The notes under the pieces are model-generated. The model was given only the letters and a program-made list of their open reading frames with translations. It searched no databases and was not told the DNA's origin. 64,000 bases of DNA from Candidatus Staskawiczbacteria bacterium RIFCSPHIGHO2_01_FULL_39_25 (GTDB lineage: Bacteria > Patescibacteriota > Minisyncoccia > Minisyncoccales > Staskawiczbacteraceae): contig MHOO01000003.1 of the NCBI GenBank assembly GCA_001820095.1, forward strand, positions 987 to 64,986. The letters are read 5' to 3'. Below are positions 37,292 through 47,078 of this stretch, piece by piece. The number at the start of each line of letters is the position of its first letter. The stretch's first letter is position 1. A program made the position numbers and the translations under genes.

Positions 37292-38417
37292 CGTTGTGTT
37301 TTTAACTTTACTCATTGCTTTCTTGAGCCTCATAGCCTTAATGATTATCCATGAGTTTGGCCATTTTATCATTGCCAAAAAATTCGGCGTTAAGGTGGAA
37401 GAATTCGGCATAGGGTATCCGCCAAGGATTTTTGGCAAAAAATTCGGGGAAACTATATACTCTATCAATCTGGTGCCGCTGGGGGCCTTTGTGAAAATTT
37501 ATGGAGAAGAAGGCGGGATAGATGATTACCGAAGTTTTGCCAACCTTGCCATTTGGAAACGGATTTTAATTGTCTTGGGCGGCGTCATTGCGTTTTGGGT
37601 GGCGTCAGCCATTATTTTTTCTATTGCGTTTACGATAGGGGCTTTTGTTCCCATTGGAGACCAGGATATCCAAGGGTTTGCTAAAACCCATATTGCCATT
37701 GTGGCAATTGAAAAGGCATCTCCCGCTGATATTGCAGGGTTAAAAACGGGCGATAGGGTGATTAACCTTATTAATGCCAGCCAGAACATAGAGGTTAATA
37801 AAATTGCCGATTTCCAAAAATTTATCCAAGACAATAAAGGGAAATCCATTGCCCTAATTATCAGCAGGGATGGCAAGTATATTCCTTTTACTCTTACTCC
37901 GCGGGCGCAACACGGACCAAATGAAGGTCCTCTGGGCGTTGCGGTGGAAAGAATGGCAGAGGTGATTGAAAAACATCCCTGGTATGAGGCTCCGGTGCGG
38001 GGGACTATTTACTGTGTAACGGCTACGGGCAACGCCGTCAAAAGCATTGTTGACGTTCTGACAAGCATGTTTACAGGAAAAGGAGTTCCTGCGGGAGCGG
38101 AATTTGCCGGTCCTGTTGGCATTACGATCTTTTTGGCGCGGGCGGCTGACTACGGCCTTGGTTTTTTCTTGTATTTCATCGGCTCAATTTCTGTGCTGGT
38201 GGCTTTGTTTAACCTGTTTCCTATTCCTGCTTTAGACGGGGGAAAGCTTTTGTTTTTGATCATTGAAAAAATAAAAGGCAGGCCGGTTTCCGTGAAAATA
38301 GAACAAACATTAACGGTTATATTTTTTATTTTATTAATTTCCATGTCAATTTTTATAACTATTAAGTTTGATATCCCTCGCCTTTCAGATTTTTTTCGGG
38401 CAGGCGTTGGCAAATGA
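37272..38417 (+). CDS. rseP: RseP-type M50 site-2 protease with a PDZ domain. The start is uncertain: ATG 37272 lies in the repeat arm, and in-frame GTG 37296 is an alternative.
   Basis: HEFGHF zinc motif, PDZ-like AGLKTGDRVINL, NLFPIPALDGG. Confidence 0.88.
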   Translation: MSNVKCHVVFLTLLIAFLSLIALMIIHEFGHFIIAKKFGVKVEEFGIGYPPRIFGKKFGETIYSINLVPLGAFVKIYGEEGGIDDYRSFANLAIWKRILIVLGGVIAFWVASAIIFSIAFTIGAFVPIGDQDIQGFAKTHIAIVAIEKASPADIAGLKTGDRVINLINASQNIEVNKIADFQKFIQDNKGKSIALIISRDGKYIPFTLTPRAQHGPNEGPLGVAVERMAEVIEKHPWYEAPVRGTIYCVTATGNAVKSIVDVLTSMFTGKGVPAGAEFAGPVGITIFLARAADYGLGFFLYFIGSISVLVALFNLFPIPALDGGKLLFLIIEKIKGRPVSVKIEQTLTVIFFILLISMSIFITIKFDIPRLSDFFRAGVGK

Positions 38418-38531
38418 TTTTTAATTCAAAATTCAAAAACAATTTAAAAGCACTAATTTAAAAACACGTTTTAATATTTTACATTTATCATTGTTTTTAA
38501 ATTTATCATTTTAAATTTGAAATTATACAAT

Positions 38532-39773
38532 ATGCTCCAGTCTAAATTATTCTACAAGACCAATAAAAATAAATCGGCTAATGCAGATTCTGTTTCCCAT
38601 GACCTGTTAATCAGGGCGGGGTACATAGACCAGCTTATGGCTGGCGTATACACCTTTTTGCCACTAGGCTTTAAAGTGTTTAAAAATGTGGAACACATCA
38701 TCAGGGATCATATGGAGCAGATTGGCGGGCAAGAGCTATTAATGCCCGTCTTGCACCCCAAAGAAAATTGGGTGAAAACCGGAAGGATTGAAAAGGAAAA
38801 GGAAATTTTATTTGTGGTAAAAGGCAATGGAGAAAAAGAATACGTGCTTGGCCCAACCCATGAAGAGATAGTGTCGCCATTGGCGCGGAAAATCATCTTT
38901 TCGTATAAAGATTTGCCCTTGTATGTCTTTCAGATACAGGAAAAATTCAGGGATGAGCTGCGGCCCAAGTCAGGGCTGTTAAGGACCCGTGAGTTTGCTA
39001 TGAAAGATTTTTACTCATTCCATGCAAACCAAGCTGACCTTGATTCTTATTATGCGACAGTTGCCAAAGCGTATAAAAATATTTTTTCAGAATGCGGCAT
39101 CGGGAAAATAACCTACCGGACGCTGGCATCGGGCGGAAGCTTTTCAAAATATTCTGATGAATTCCAGATGCTGACCGAGGCCGGCGAAGACACTGTTTTT
39201 ATCTGCAAAAAATGCAAGCTGGCAATTAACAAAGAAATAAAGGCGGAAAATCCATCGTGCCCGGAATGCAAGAATAGCGATTTTGAAGAGAAAAAATCAA
39301 TTGAGGTGGGCAATATTTTTAAGATGGGTACGCGGTACTCATTGCCGTTTGAATTGAAGTTTACCGATAAAGACGGCCACGACAAACCGGTGATTATGGG
39401 TTGCTATGGCATTGGCTTGGGCAGGCTTATGGGGGCAGTAGTGGAGGCATCGCATGACGAGAAGGGAATTATATGGCCAAAAACCATCGCGCCATTCTCG
39501 GTACATTTGCTGCAGCTTGACGGCAAGCCAAAAATACAGGCTGCCGCCAAGAAAATATATGCGCAGTTGCAAAAAGAAAATATTGAAGTATTATACGATG
39601 ATAGGCAGAACAAGGCTGCCGGAGAAAAATTCGCCGATGCTGATTTGCTGGGAATTCCTTATAGGATTGTAGTTTCAGAAAAAACATTTGCAAAAAATTC
39701 TGTGGAATTCAAAGAAAGGGGCAAAGCGGCAATAAAATTGGTAAAAATCAACCAGCTTTCCAAATTATTTTAA
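38532..39773 (+). CDS. proS: Prolyl-tRNA synthetase, short form (no editing insertion) with a CxxC...CxxC segment
   Basis: LIRAGYIDQLMAGVYTFLPLG...REFAMKDFYSF...GCYGIGLGRL. Confidence 0.92.
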   Translation: MLQSKLFYKTNKNKSANADSVSHDLLIRAGYIDQLMAGVYTFLPLGFKVFKNVEHIIRDHMEQIGGQELLMPVLHPKENWVKTGRIEKEKEILFVVKGNGEKEYVLGPTHEEIVSPLARKIIFSYKDLPLYVFQIQEKFRDELRPKSGLLRTREFAMKDFYSFHANQADLDSYYATVAKAYKNIFSECGIGKITYRTLASGGSFSKYSDEFQMLTEAGEDTVFICKKCKLAINKEIKAENPSCPECKNSDFEEKKSIEVGNIFKMGTRYSLPFELKFTDKDGHDKPVIMGCYGIGLGRLMGAVVEASHDEKGIIWPKTIAPFSVHLLQLDGKPKIQAAAKKIYAQLQKENIEVLYDDRQNKAAGEKFADADLLGIPYRIVVSEKTFAKNSVEFKERGKAAIKLVKINQLSKLF

Positions 39774-39782
39774 TTATATTGT

Positions 39783-40844
39783 ATGCTTAATAAACTTTTC
39801 TCATTTTTATCGCTGGATATGGCCATTGATCTTGGAACGGCCAATTCTTTGGTATACGTTAAAGATAGGGGAATCATTATCAATGAACCGTCCGTGGTGG
39901 CCGTCAATAATAAAACGGGCCAGATTTTGTCTATTGGCGAAGAGGCAAAAAAAATGGTGGGGCGCACTCCTTCCTACATTACTGCCACCAGGCCTCTGGT
40001 CAATGGCGTCATATCAGACTTTGAGGTTACCGAGCAGATGCTCAAATACTTTATTGAAAAAGCGGTAGCCGGCAGCAAGAAAATGTTCCGGTTCGGCTAT
40101 ATGCCGAGGGTCATTATTGGAATTCCCTGCGGAGTCACCGAAGTGGAACGGAAAGCCGTGCGAGACGCCGCCAAGAATGCGGGCGCCAGGACGGTTTTTT
40201 TAATTGAGGAGCCGGTGGCTTCAGCCATTGGGGCAAAGCTTCCCATCCAGGAAGCAGGCGGGAATTTCATTGTTGATATTGGCGGGGGGACTACAGAAGT
40301 AGCGGTAATTTCGTTAGGTGGCATTGTGGCATTCCGTAGCTTGCGGGTGGCCGGAGACAAGCTGAATGATGATATTGTCCAGTTTGCCCAAAAGGAATAC
40401 AAGCTTTTAATTGGTGAAAGGACGGCTGAACATATTAAGATAAACATCGGGTCAGCCATGCCCTTAAAAGATAAAAAAGAGATGCCTATGCGCGGGCGTA
40501 ATTTGGTTACGGGGCTTCCAGAAGAGGTGGTTATTTTCAATGATGATGTGCAGAGGGCATTAGAGCGGTCAGTACGCCAGATTGTAGCTGCCATTAAAAC
40601 CACTATTGAAGAAACCCCGCCAGAACTTCTGGCCGACGTGATGACCAATGGCATTTATCTGGCCGGCGGGGGATCGTTGCTTAAGGGTCTTGATGCGCTT
40701 ATTGCCAGAGAAACAAAAATGCCATGCAAAATTATTGATGACCCGTTGACTTCCGTAGTTCGCGGATCGGGCATGGCGTTAGAAAATATAGAAACGCTGA
40801 TAGGATTGGTGCAGAAGGATGAAGAGTGGGCAGGGCCAATCTAA
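39783..40844 (+). CDS. mreB: Rod shape-determining protein MreB (paralog 2)
   Basis: MAIDLGTANSLVY...IVDIGGGTTEVAVISLGGIV...LAGGGSLLKGLD. Confidence 0.93.
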   Translation: MLNKLFSFLSLDMAIDLGTANSLVYVKDRGIIINEPSVVAVNNKTGQILSIGEEAKKMVGRTPSYITATRPLVNGVISDFEVTEQMLKYFIEKAVAGSKKMFRFGYMPRVIIGIPCGVTEVERKAVRDAAKNAGARTVFLIEEPVASAIGAKLPIQEAGGNFIVDIGGGTTEVAVISLGGIVAFRSLRVAGDKLNDDIVQFAQKEYKLLIGERTAEHIKINIGSAMPLKDKKEMPMRGRNLVTGLPEEVVIFNDDVQRALERSVRQIVAAIKTTIEETPPELLADVMTNGIYLAGGGSLLKGLDALIARETKMPCKIIDDPLTSVVRGSGMALENIETLIGLVQKDEEWAGPI

Positions 40845-40912
40845 TTTTCAATTTTCAATTTTAAATTTTCAATAAGTAGGTATCAAAATTTCGACAAAGC
40901 GAAATTTTGATG
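40845..40912. repeat. Family E element, copy 4, + orientation
   Basis: ttttcaattttcaattttaaattttcaataagtaggtatcaaaatttcgacaaagcgaaattttgatgag. Confidence 0.85.
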
Positions 40913-40937
40913 AGTTTAAAATTTATATAAAAAAAGA

Positions 40938-40970
40938 GGCCCCGGGCGCGTAATGCGTCGGGGGCTTTTG
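40938..40970 (+). terminator. GC-rich terminator after mreB paralog 2
   Basis: ggccccgggcgcg-taat-gcgtcgggggc followed by tttt. Confidence 0.6.
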
Positions 40971-41121
40971 GTTTCCAGGGTGCAAAATACGATATTTGAC
41001 TTCATAACTTCATTATAGCATAGGCAAGGGTATATGTCAATAGTTGTGAGAATTTGTCAAGTTTGATAGAATAAATCAACAATATTCGTAATTCGCTTAG
41101 ATTTGTAATTCGTAAGAAGAG

Positions 41122-41409
41122 ATGATTTCTAAAGACCAAGTAAAACATATCGCAAAATTGGCGCGGCTGGAATTAACGGAAAAAGAAACGGAAAAAATGC
41201 AGCATGATTTGTCTGCTATTTTGGATTATTTTAATGTCTTAAAAAAGGTAAAGTCCCAAAAAATTAAAACTACTGAAAAGACCGTAGAGTTGGAGAAAGT
41301 AACACGAGAGGACAAGGTGGGTGAGAAACATCCTGGTGAGGCCGGCGACCTGCTTAGATTAGCTCCCAGCACGAAAGATGGATACATTAAAGTGAAGAAC
41401 ATTTTCTAA
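41122..41409 (+). CDS. gatC: Glu/Asp-tRNA amidotransferase subunit C
   Basis: ISKDQVKHIAKLARLELTEKE...ILDYFNVL. Confidence 0.9.
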   Translation: MISKDQVKHIAKLARLELTEKETEKMQHDLSAILDYFNVLKKVKSQKIKTTEKTVELEKVTREDKVGEKHPGEAGDLLRLAPSTKDGYIKVKNIF

Positions 41410-41546
41410 TTTCTAATTATTCTAATTGTTTCTAATTGACCTAAAGAATTCCTAATCTACGAAATCCCAACGCGTCCAGATAATTAGGCATTTTAGAATT
41501 AGGATTTGATTAGAATAATTAGGTTAATTAGTATAATTAGGTTAAT
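41407..41546. repeat. Low-complexity hairpin element, family D, copy 2
   Basis: taatttctaattattctaattgtttctaattgacc...aattaggatttgattagaataattaggttaattagtataattagg. Confidence 0.8.
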
Positions 41547-41548
41547 TC

Positions 41549-42970
41549 ATGGAAAGTTTACTCGATCTCACCATCTCCCAAGCGCATAACGGTTTGAAAA
41601 ACAAGGATTTTTCTAGTACGGAAATTACCAAAGCCTACTTAGACCAGATAAAAAAAACCGACGGCGCGCTGAATTCTTACCTATCAATAACGGAAGAGCT
41701 GGCAGTAGAACAGGCGGAGGCGGCTGATAAGATTATTGCCACCCAGAAAGAATTTTCTCCTTTACTGGGCGTACCCTGTTCTATAAAAGATGCTATTTTG
41801 GTGCAGGGGGCTCCGTGTACTGCGGCCTCAAAAGTATTGGAAAATTATGTTGCTCCTTATGATGCAACAGTAATTAAAAAATTGAAAAAAGACGGCGCCG
41901 TAATATTAGGCAAAACAAACTTGGATGAATTTGCCATGGGAGTTTCTACAGAAAACTCGGCGTTTCAAGTTACAAAAAATCCGCATGACCAAGCCCATGT
42001 TCCGGGGGGAAGTTCGGGAGGGTCTGCGGCATCGGTAGCTGGCAAGCAAGCCTGCTATTCTTTGGGTTCTGATACGGGAGGGTCTATTAGGCTGCCGGCT
42101 TCTTTCTGCGGGGTAGTGGGGTTAAATCCTACCTATGGAGCGGTTTCTCGCTATGGGTTGATTGCGCTGGCTTCATCATTAGACCAGATAGGGCCTATGG
42201 CAAAAACGGTTGAGGACACGAAAATAGTATTTAACGCCATTTCAGGGAAGGATGCGCTTGATGCCACTTCGGTTGAATATCAATTTGAAGAATCTGAAAT
42301 TTCTTTAAAAGGGCTTACCATTGGCGTTCCCAAAGAGTATTTTGAAAAGGGCATGGATAAAGAGGTAGAGGCCATTATAAAAAATGCCATTAAGAAAGCT
42401 CAAGAACAGGGCGCTAAAATCCAGGAAATCAGCTTGCCTCATACCAAATATGCTATTGCCTGTTACTATATCATTGTGCCTTCGGAAGCTTCCGCCAATT
42501 TAGCAAGATATGATGGTATAAAGTATGGGTTAAGCAAACAAGAATCAAAAGATTTGCTGTCAGTATATGTGCAGTCGCGCGGCGAAGGATTTGGAGCGGA
42601 GCCAAAGCGCAGGATTTTGGTGGGAACCCATGCGCTTTCCAGCGGGTACTACGACGCTTATTATAAAAAAGCCCAAGAGGTGCGGGGATTAATCAGGCAA
42701 GATTTTATTAATGCTTTTAAGAAGGTAGATGTCATTTTTAGCCCGGTCTCTCCATTTCCCGCTTTTAAAGTAGCAGAAAAGGTAGATGACCCGCTTTCTA
42801 TGTATTTGGTGGATGTGTATACTGGGTCGGTAAAGTTGGCGGGGTTGCCTGCTTTATCATTGCCGGCGGGAAAGGCGGGCAAATTACCGGTTGGGCTTCA
42901 GATTATTGGGAACTATTTTGAAGAAAATAAGATATTATCAATTGCCCAGCAGATGGAAAAATTGGTATAA
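41549..42970 (+). CDS. gatA: Glu/Asp-tRNA amidotransferase subunit A
   Basis: GKTNLDEFAMG...GGSSGGSAASVA...GSDTGGSIRLPA. Confidence 0.96.
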   Translation: MESLLDLTISQAHNGLKNKDFSSTEITKAYLDQIKKTDGALNSYLSITEELAVEQAEAADKIIATQKEFSPLLGVPCSIKDAILVQGAPCTAASKVLENYVAPYDATVIKKLKKDGAVILGKTNLDEFAMGVSTENSAFQVTKNPHDQAHVPGGSSGGSAASVAGKQACYSLGSDTGGSIRLPASFCGVVGLNPTYGAVSRYGLIALASSLDQIGPMAKTVEDTKIVFNAISGKDALDATSVEYQFEESEISLKGLTIGVPKEYFEKGMDKEVEAIIKNAIKKAQEQGAKIQEISLPHTKYAIACYYIIVPSEASANLARYDGIKYGLSKQESKDLLSVYVQSRGEGFGAEPKRRILVGTHALSSGYYDAYYKKAQEVRGLIRQDFINAFKKVDVIFSPVSPFPAFKVAEKVDDPLSMYLVDVYTGSVKLAGLPALSLPAGKAGKLPVGLQIIGNYFEENKILSIAQQMEKLV

Positions 42971-42993
42971 TAATTAAACGTTGTAACTTACAT

Positions 42994-43539
42994 ATGACAT
43001 ATTGGGAACAGTGGTATAGTTTATTTGGAATAACCGATTTTATTTACTTTATTTCTTCTCCAAAAATCCAAGAAGAGCTTTTTCCCATAAAGCTGGTGTT
43101 TATCTTTTTTACCATATTTTTCTTGGGCGCCGTCATTTGGTTTTATATGAATAGCAGTTATCTGACCTATAAATTTTCGCAAGATGTGACAGAATTCTTA
43201 TCATGGCAGGCATACGGTTTAAAAGAAGTGAATAAACGTTGGAAAAAAATTATGAAACGGATGGAAACTGATTTAGAGCCGGAATATAAAATAGCAGTGA
43301 TAGAGGCAGATGATTTATTGTATCAAATGCTAGATGAGCGAGGATATGAAGGAGAAACCTTTGAGGAACTGGCTAAGAATGCCAGTAAAAAGATGTCAGT
43401 TAATGTGGAAGACATTTTAGAAGCCCATACGGTAAGGAACTCAATAGTGTACAACCCTGACTTTAAACTGGATGCAGAAACCGCCAGAAAGATGTTATTA
43501 AATTATGAAAACGCCATAAAAAATATCGCCGTTGCTTAG
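42994..43539 (+). CDS. Hypothetical membrane protein
   Basis: 181-aa ORF with one or two N-terminal TM helices; no recognisable motif. Confidence 0.55.
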   Translation: MTYWEQWYSLFGITDFIYFISSPKIQEELFPIKLVFIFFTIFFLGAVIWFYMNSSYLTYKFSQDVTEFLSWQAYGLKEVNKRWKKIMKRMETDLEPEYKIAVIEADDLLYQMLDERGYEGETFEELAKNASKKMSVNVEDILEAHTVRNSIVYNPDFKLDAETARKMLLNYENAIKNIAVA

Positions 43540-43544
43540 CGAAA

Positions 43545-43571
43545 AACTAGCCTTTAGGGGCTAGTTTTTTG
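43545..43571 (+). terminator. Rho-independent terminator
   Basis: ctagcc-tttagg-ggctag followed by tttttt. Confidence 0.65.
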
Positions 43572-43746
43572 TTGCAAAAGTTGTAGAATGAAATCAGCAG
43601 AATTTACTGGTATAGATTAAGACCGGCAGACCACAAAATGGTGCTTAATCCCACTAGGATAATGAGAATAGTCCAGATAATCCTAAAAACTTTTTTCGAT
43701 TTAAATTTCATTTTTTATATTATTTTATTTATATTAGTGAGTATTC

Positions 43747-44175
43747 GTGTTTATTGCCATGATAGCAGATTTTAAAAATAAACAAAAGAAGGGCCCGTGG
43801 AGCAAACTTTTATTTGCTTTGGGGGGCGTGTTAATTTTATTGGTGTTTGTTGTTTTAGTTATTGCAAATATCAAGGTATACAACAAAAGGAAGGAGCTTG
43901 CTACGCAGGTTGATAATTTAAAAAACAAGATAGAAGCTATCCAGCAGAAAAATGAAGATTTAAAAAAGGGCATATCAAAATCAAACGATGATGCCTATAT
44001 AGAAAAGGTGGCGCGAGAGGATCTGGATTTGCAGAAAGAGGGCGAAACAGTAATTTCTTTTATAAAAGCGCCAAACCAGCAGTCATCCAATAATAGAGAA
44101 AAGAGGAATATTCTGCAGGCGTGGCTGGGGTGGGCGAGCAGCGGCTGGGACTGGCTGAAAAATAGTTTTAAATAA
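43747..44175 (+). CDS. Septum formation initiator (FtsB/DivIC-like)
   Basis: Single TM helix, coiled coil (LATQVDNLKNKIEAIQQKNEDLKK) and the IEKVAREDLDLQKEGETVI motif. Confidence 0.7.
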   Translation: MFIAMIADFKNKQKKGPWSKLLFALGGVLILLVFVVLVIANIKVYNKRKELATQVDNLKNKIEAIQQKNEDLKKGISKSNDDAYIEKVAREDLDLQKEGETVISFIKAPNQQSSNNREKRNILQAWLGWASSGWDWLKNSFK

Positions 44176-44179
44176 GTTT

Positions 44180-44253
44180 GCGGGCATCGTATAGTGGCAG
44201 TACGTAACCTTCCCAAGGTTAAAGTGTGAGTTCGATTCTCATTGCCCGCTCCA
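44180..44253 (+). tRNA. tRNA-Gly (anticodon CCC) with encoded CCA
   Basis: Acceptor GCGGGCA/TGCCCGC, anticodon arm TAACC-TTCCCAA-GGTTA, T-arm GTGAG-TTCGATT-CTCAT, then T-CCA. Confidence 0.9.
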
Positions 44254-44357
44254 CTAGAAAACTAATCGGCTTTTTATCGAGGATTTTGACGGCCACGCGA
44301 AGCGCGGCCCACGGTTTTTGTAAGGGGAGAACCGTTCCGTCTGTTCCGAAAAGTCGC

Positions 44358-44385
44358 GCCTCGCGGTTTTGCAAAATGAGGTTCG
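44358..44385. repeat. Left copy of a 28-bp inverted repeat, the core of a diverged GC-rich element of about 130 bp
   Basis: gcctcgcggttttgcaaaatgaggttcg is the exact reverse complement of 45288-45315. Confidence 0.9.
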
Positions 44386-44416
44386 AGCCGACGATTTCTT
44401 TGATTGCAATAACGAA

Positions 44417-44447
44417 TAAAAAAATCCCCAACTTTGGTAAGTTGGGG
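44417..44447 (-). terminator. Terminator of the minus-strand membrane-protein operon
   Basis: ccccaactt-tggt-aagttgggg, with a T-run on the minus strand. Confidence 0.7.
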
Positions 44448-44470
44448 TCTGTTGTTTTTCGACTGCTCTA

Positions 44471-44740
44471 TTAGTGAGTAGCAGTCAATTCCTCGTGTTT
44501 CTGATCTTGAGAATTGTCGGGACTGTATTGCCCCTCTGTTTTCTCAAGTAGGTATTGAATGAATCCTCCGATGCCAGCGCCGATTAATCCAACGCCGAGA
44601 GCAATGACAGGGGTGGGATCCCCCAGTTTTTCGTTTTCATGGTGGATCGCAACCACAATCAGTGCGACCACCCCCAAAACGAAGGGGAATACGTAGAGCA
44701 GAATTAATCCCCACGTCATTTCTCTGATCTTGGTCATCAT
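44471..44740 (-). CDS. Small two-TM membrane protein
   Basis: 89 aa with two hydrophobic helices (one Gly-rich, GVGLIGAGIGGF). The codon region is GC-richer than its surroundings. Confidence 0.55.
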   Translation of the reverse strand: MMTKIREMTWGLILLYVFPFVLGVVALIVVAIHHENEKLGDPTPVIALGVGLIGAGIGGFIQYLLEKTEGQYSPDNSQDQKHEELTATH

Positions 44741-44752
44741 GGCTTGCCTCCT

Positions 44753-45169
44753 TTAGAGTTTGGTGAACGAAACGCAGAACACAACGATCCATACGAGAAT
44801 AAATCCAGCTGGTAAAAAACTAAGGAGCCTATGGAATGTTGGCCCTCTATTGATTCTGTCCCATTCGGGGCCAATGAACACGTTGACTGTATCTGGTTCT
44901 TCCGCGTGCTTCATTTGTGCAAGCCGCGTCTGCCAGTATTCAACCCACTGTTGACTCTTCATGTTGATTAGAAACCATATCACTCCAATGATCATGCCAA
45001 ACAACCCTATGCTGAAAAACAACCCAAACCCTGCATCTCTCGTGAAAAGAACCGAGAGCATCGCCGAATTGATGATCATGAACATCTGGCTCCTTGACCA
45101 TCGTAACGTGACTTCCGTGTTACGCGACATTGCCATGCCAGTGTACATTGCTTTTTCGTCGTTTGTCAT
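44753..45169 (-). CDS. Three-TM membrane protein of unknown function
   Basis: 138 aa. RBS gggaga lies upstream and a consensus-like promoter lies at 45220-45248. Confidence 0.6.
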   Translation of the reverse strand: MTNDEKAMYTGMAMSRNTEVTLRWSRSQMFMIINSAMLSVLFTRDAGFGLFFSIGLFGMIIGVIWFLINMKSQQWVEYWQTRLAQMKHAEEPDTVNVFIGPEWDRINRGPTFHRLLSFLPAGFILVWIVVFCVSFTKL

Positions 45170-45219
45170 GCAAGTTTCTCCCTTCTGGGGATCGAGATTT
45201 GAATGTGCTACACTATCCT

Positions 45220-45248
45220 CTTATACCAAACTAAATACTAAATGTCAA
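45220..45248 (-). promoter_or_regulatory. Candidate promoter of the minus-strand membrane-protein operon
   Basis: On the minus strand: TTGACA (45248-45243), 17-nt spacer, TATAAG (45225-45220). Confidence 0.55.
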
Positions 45249-45287
45249 TTTTTTTTAAATCCAGGGCGAAGCAAAAACGAACGACGG

Positions 45288-45315
45288 CGAACCTCATTTT
45301 GCAAAACCGCGAGGC
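45288..45315. repeat. Right copy of the 28-bp inverted repeat
   Basis: cgaacctcattttgcaaaaccgcgaggc. Confidence 0.9.
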
Positions 45316-45420
45316 GGCCATCAGGCTACCGAGCGGAACGGAAATCTCGTTCAAAACGCACTGGGGAGCCGTTCGCGACGTCCGCCGGTTCGTCGGCCAA
45401 AAATCAAAATGTTTTATTGT

Positions 45421-45588
45421 GGAGTATATATACAACCACGCTAAAACCTATTTTGTGGAAAATTGACGAACGAACCGACGACGAACAAGACCGTATGCCC
45501 GCGGGCACACGGGGCGAAACAAACGACGAGCAAAAATTTTCTGGGCTGGGGGGAGAAAATTTTTGCCGTTAAGGCGAGTAAATTTTAA
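45421..45588. repeat. Left arm of a perfect 168-bp inverted repeat
   Basis: I reverse-complemented it by hand; it is identical at 168/168 positions to 47079-47246. Confidence 0.95.
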
Positions 45589-45633
45589 ATATTGAGAATT
45601 TAGATAAAAGATGATAATATATATGTAAATATT

Positions 45634-46548
45634 ATGAATCAAAAAGGTTTTATTCAAATACCTGTACTCGTCTCAATTATTGTGGGTGTTTTAATTTTGG
45701 GTAGTGGAGGATATTTTGGAGTAAAACAATATAGAAACTATCAATTAGAAAGAATTGAAAAAGAAAAAATTTATCAAACAGAAAAAGAAACTCAACAGCA
45801 AAAAGATTTGGAAGTTGAAAAGTTGAAAAAAGAGGTAGAGGAATTAAAAAATAAGAAACCAGAGGTTGTACAACAAACCATAGTTAAAGAAGTTATTGTG
45901 CCAAAAACAGAAATGGATCTTCCATCTATAATTAAACAATGGAGACCCAGAATAGTCTATATTGTTTGTGAATGGAGGTATTCTGATACTGGAGAAGTTT
46001 ATGCTCAAGGCAGCGGCTCAGGATTACTTTTTGCAAAATCTAAAGACAATTTAGCTTTACTTGTAATGACAAACAAACATGTTTTAGCGGATGGTCAATA
46101 TGTGGCAAGTTCGTGCGATATTTCTTTTCCTAGTTTAAATGAAACATTTAAGGTGAGTACAAATTCTTTGATGGAATCTGTTTCGGGACTTGACTGGGGA
46201 TTAATTCGTTTCCAATCTTCCAACGGATACTTGAATTCTCTTGTTGTATCTGGTCCCATTGAATCATATCCCTCTGTTTGTAAAAAACCTGCGTTAGTAG
46301 GAGATGAAATAGTTATTTTAGGTTATCCTGGAATTGGTTCTCAATCTGATATAACAGCGACAGAAGGAATAATCTCAGGGCGTGATGGAGATTATTACAT
46401 TACCTCTGCTAAAATCGATCGTGGTAATTCTGGTGGAGCTGCTATATCTTTAAAAGACAATTGCTATCTAGGTATTCCAAGTTTTGCACAAGTTGGTCAA
46501 ATAGAATCCTTGGGAAGGATTTTAGACATAGAAGCAGTGTATAAATAA
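45634..46548 (+). CDS. Membrane-anchored trypsin-like (S1/HtrA-type) serine protease with a coiled-coil linker
   Basis: N-terminal TM helix, EKEKIYQTEKETQQQKDLEVEKLKKEVEELK, then TNKHV (His) and DRGNSGGAA (Ser) motifs. Confidence 0.8.
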   Translation: MNQKGFIQIPVLVSIIVGVLILGSGGYFGVKQYRNYQLERIEKEKIYQTEKETQQQKDLEVEKLKKEVEELKNKKPEVVQQTIVKEVIVPKTEMDLPSIIKQWRPRIVYIVCEWRYSDTGEVYAQGSGSGLLFAKSKDNLALLVMTNKHVLADGQYVASSCDISFPSLNETFKVSTNSLMESVSGLDWGLIRFQSSNGYLNSLVVSGPIESYPSVCKKPALVGDEIVILGYPGIGSQSDITATEGIISGRDGDYYITSAKIDRGNSGGAAISLKDNCYLGIPSFAQVGQIESLGRILDIEAVYK

Positions 46549-46561
46549 TCACAGTATTATA

Positions 46562-47068
46562 ATGACAAATGAACTAAAAACATGTAGCGATTGCGGTCAA
46601 GAACTTAGGAGGTGTTTGAAATGCAAACAAGTGATAAAAATTGGTGATGATAAAAGAAAAAGTATTGGATTTAAACTTCTTATTATCTTTATAGTTTTAT
46701 TTTTTGTTTCGATTGTTTTGCTGAATTTTAAATTTGATATATTCTATAAATTGATAGCAGAAAATCAAAGTTTTTTTGGGCAAATAATTTTTATCTTTGC
46801 ATTTTGCATATTAGGAATTTCTTCTAGGGCATTTAGTTTTTATTATAGAGCGAAAAGAGAAGGTTTTGCATGGAGGACATCTAACCCCCAGCAGGTATAT
46901 TTTGTTGAATATTTGATTATTAGTTTTGTAGCTTCGGTTTTTATATTCTCTATTCTAATAATCATGTCGTCGCTGCCAACTTATATTTTTTATCTATTGG
47001 GCGGTTCAGTTGGTATTGTGGCCGGATATAGAGGATATGCATTTTTAGACAATATGAGGATTGGATAG
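46562..47068 (+). CDS. Zinc-ribbon (CxxC-x6-CxxC) protein with four TM helices
   Basis: CSDCGQELRRCLKCKQ followed by hydrophobic helices. Confidence 0.6.
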   Translation: MTNELKTCSDCGQELRRCLKCKQVIKIGDDKRKSIGFKLLIIFIVLFFVSIVLLNFKFDIFYKLIAENQSFFGQIIFIFAFCILGISSRAFSFYYRAKREGFAWRTSNPQQVYFVEYLIISFVASVFIFSILIIMSSLPTYIFYLLGGSVGIVAGYRGYAFLDNMRIG

Positions 47069-47078
47069 TAAAACATAT

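Noticed and set aside
43604-43711. 35-aa minus-strand ORF (MKFKSKKVFRIIWTILIILVGLSTILWSAGLNLYQ) in the gap before the FtsB-like gene
   Set aside because: It is a plausible single-TM micro-protein, but it is too short to support without conservation or expression data.
44961-45572. 203-aa plus-strand ORF
   Set aside because: It runs antisense through the minus-strand membrane-protein gene and its promoter and then into the inverted-repeat arm. The translation is low-complexity and Arg-rich with no start context.
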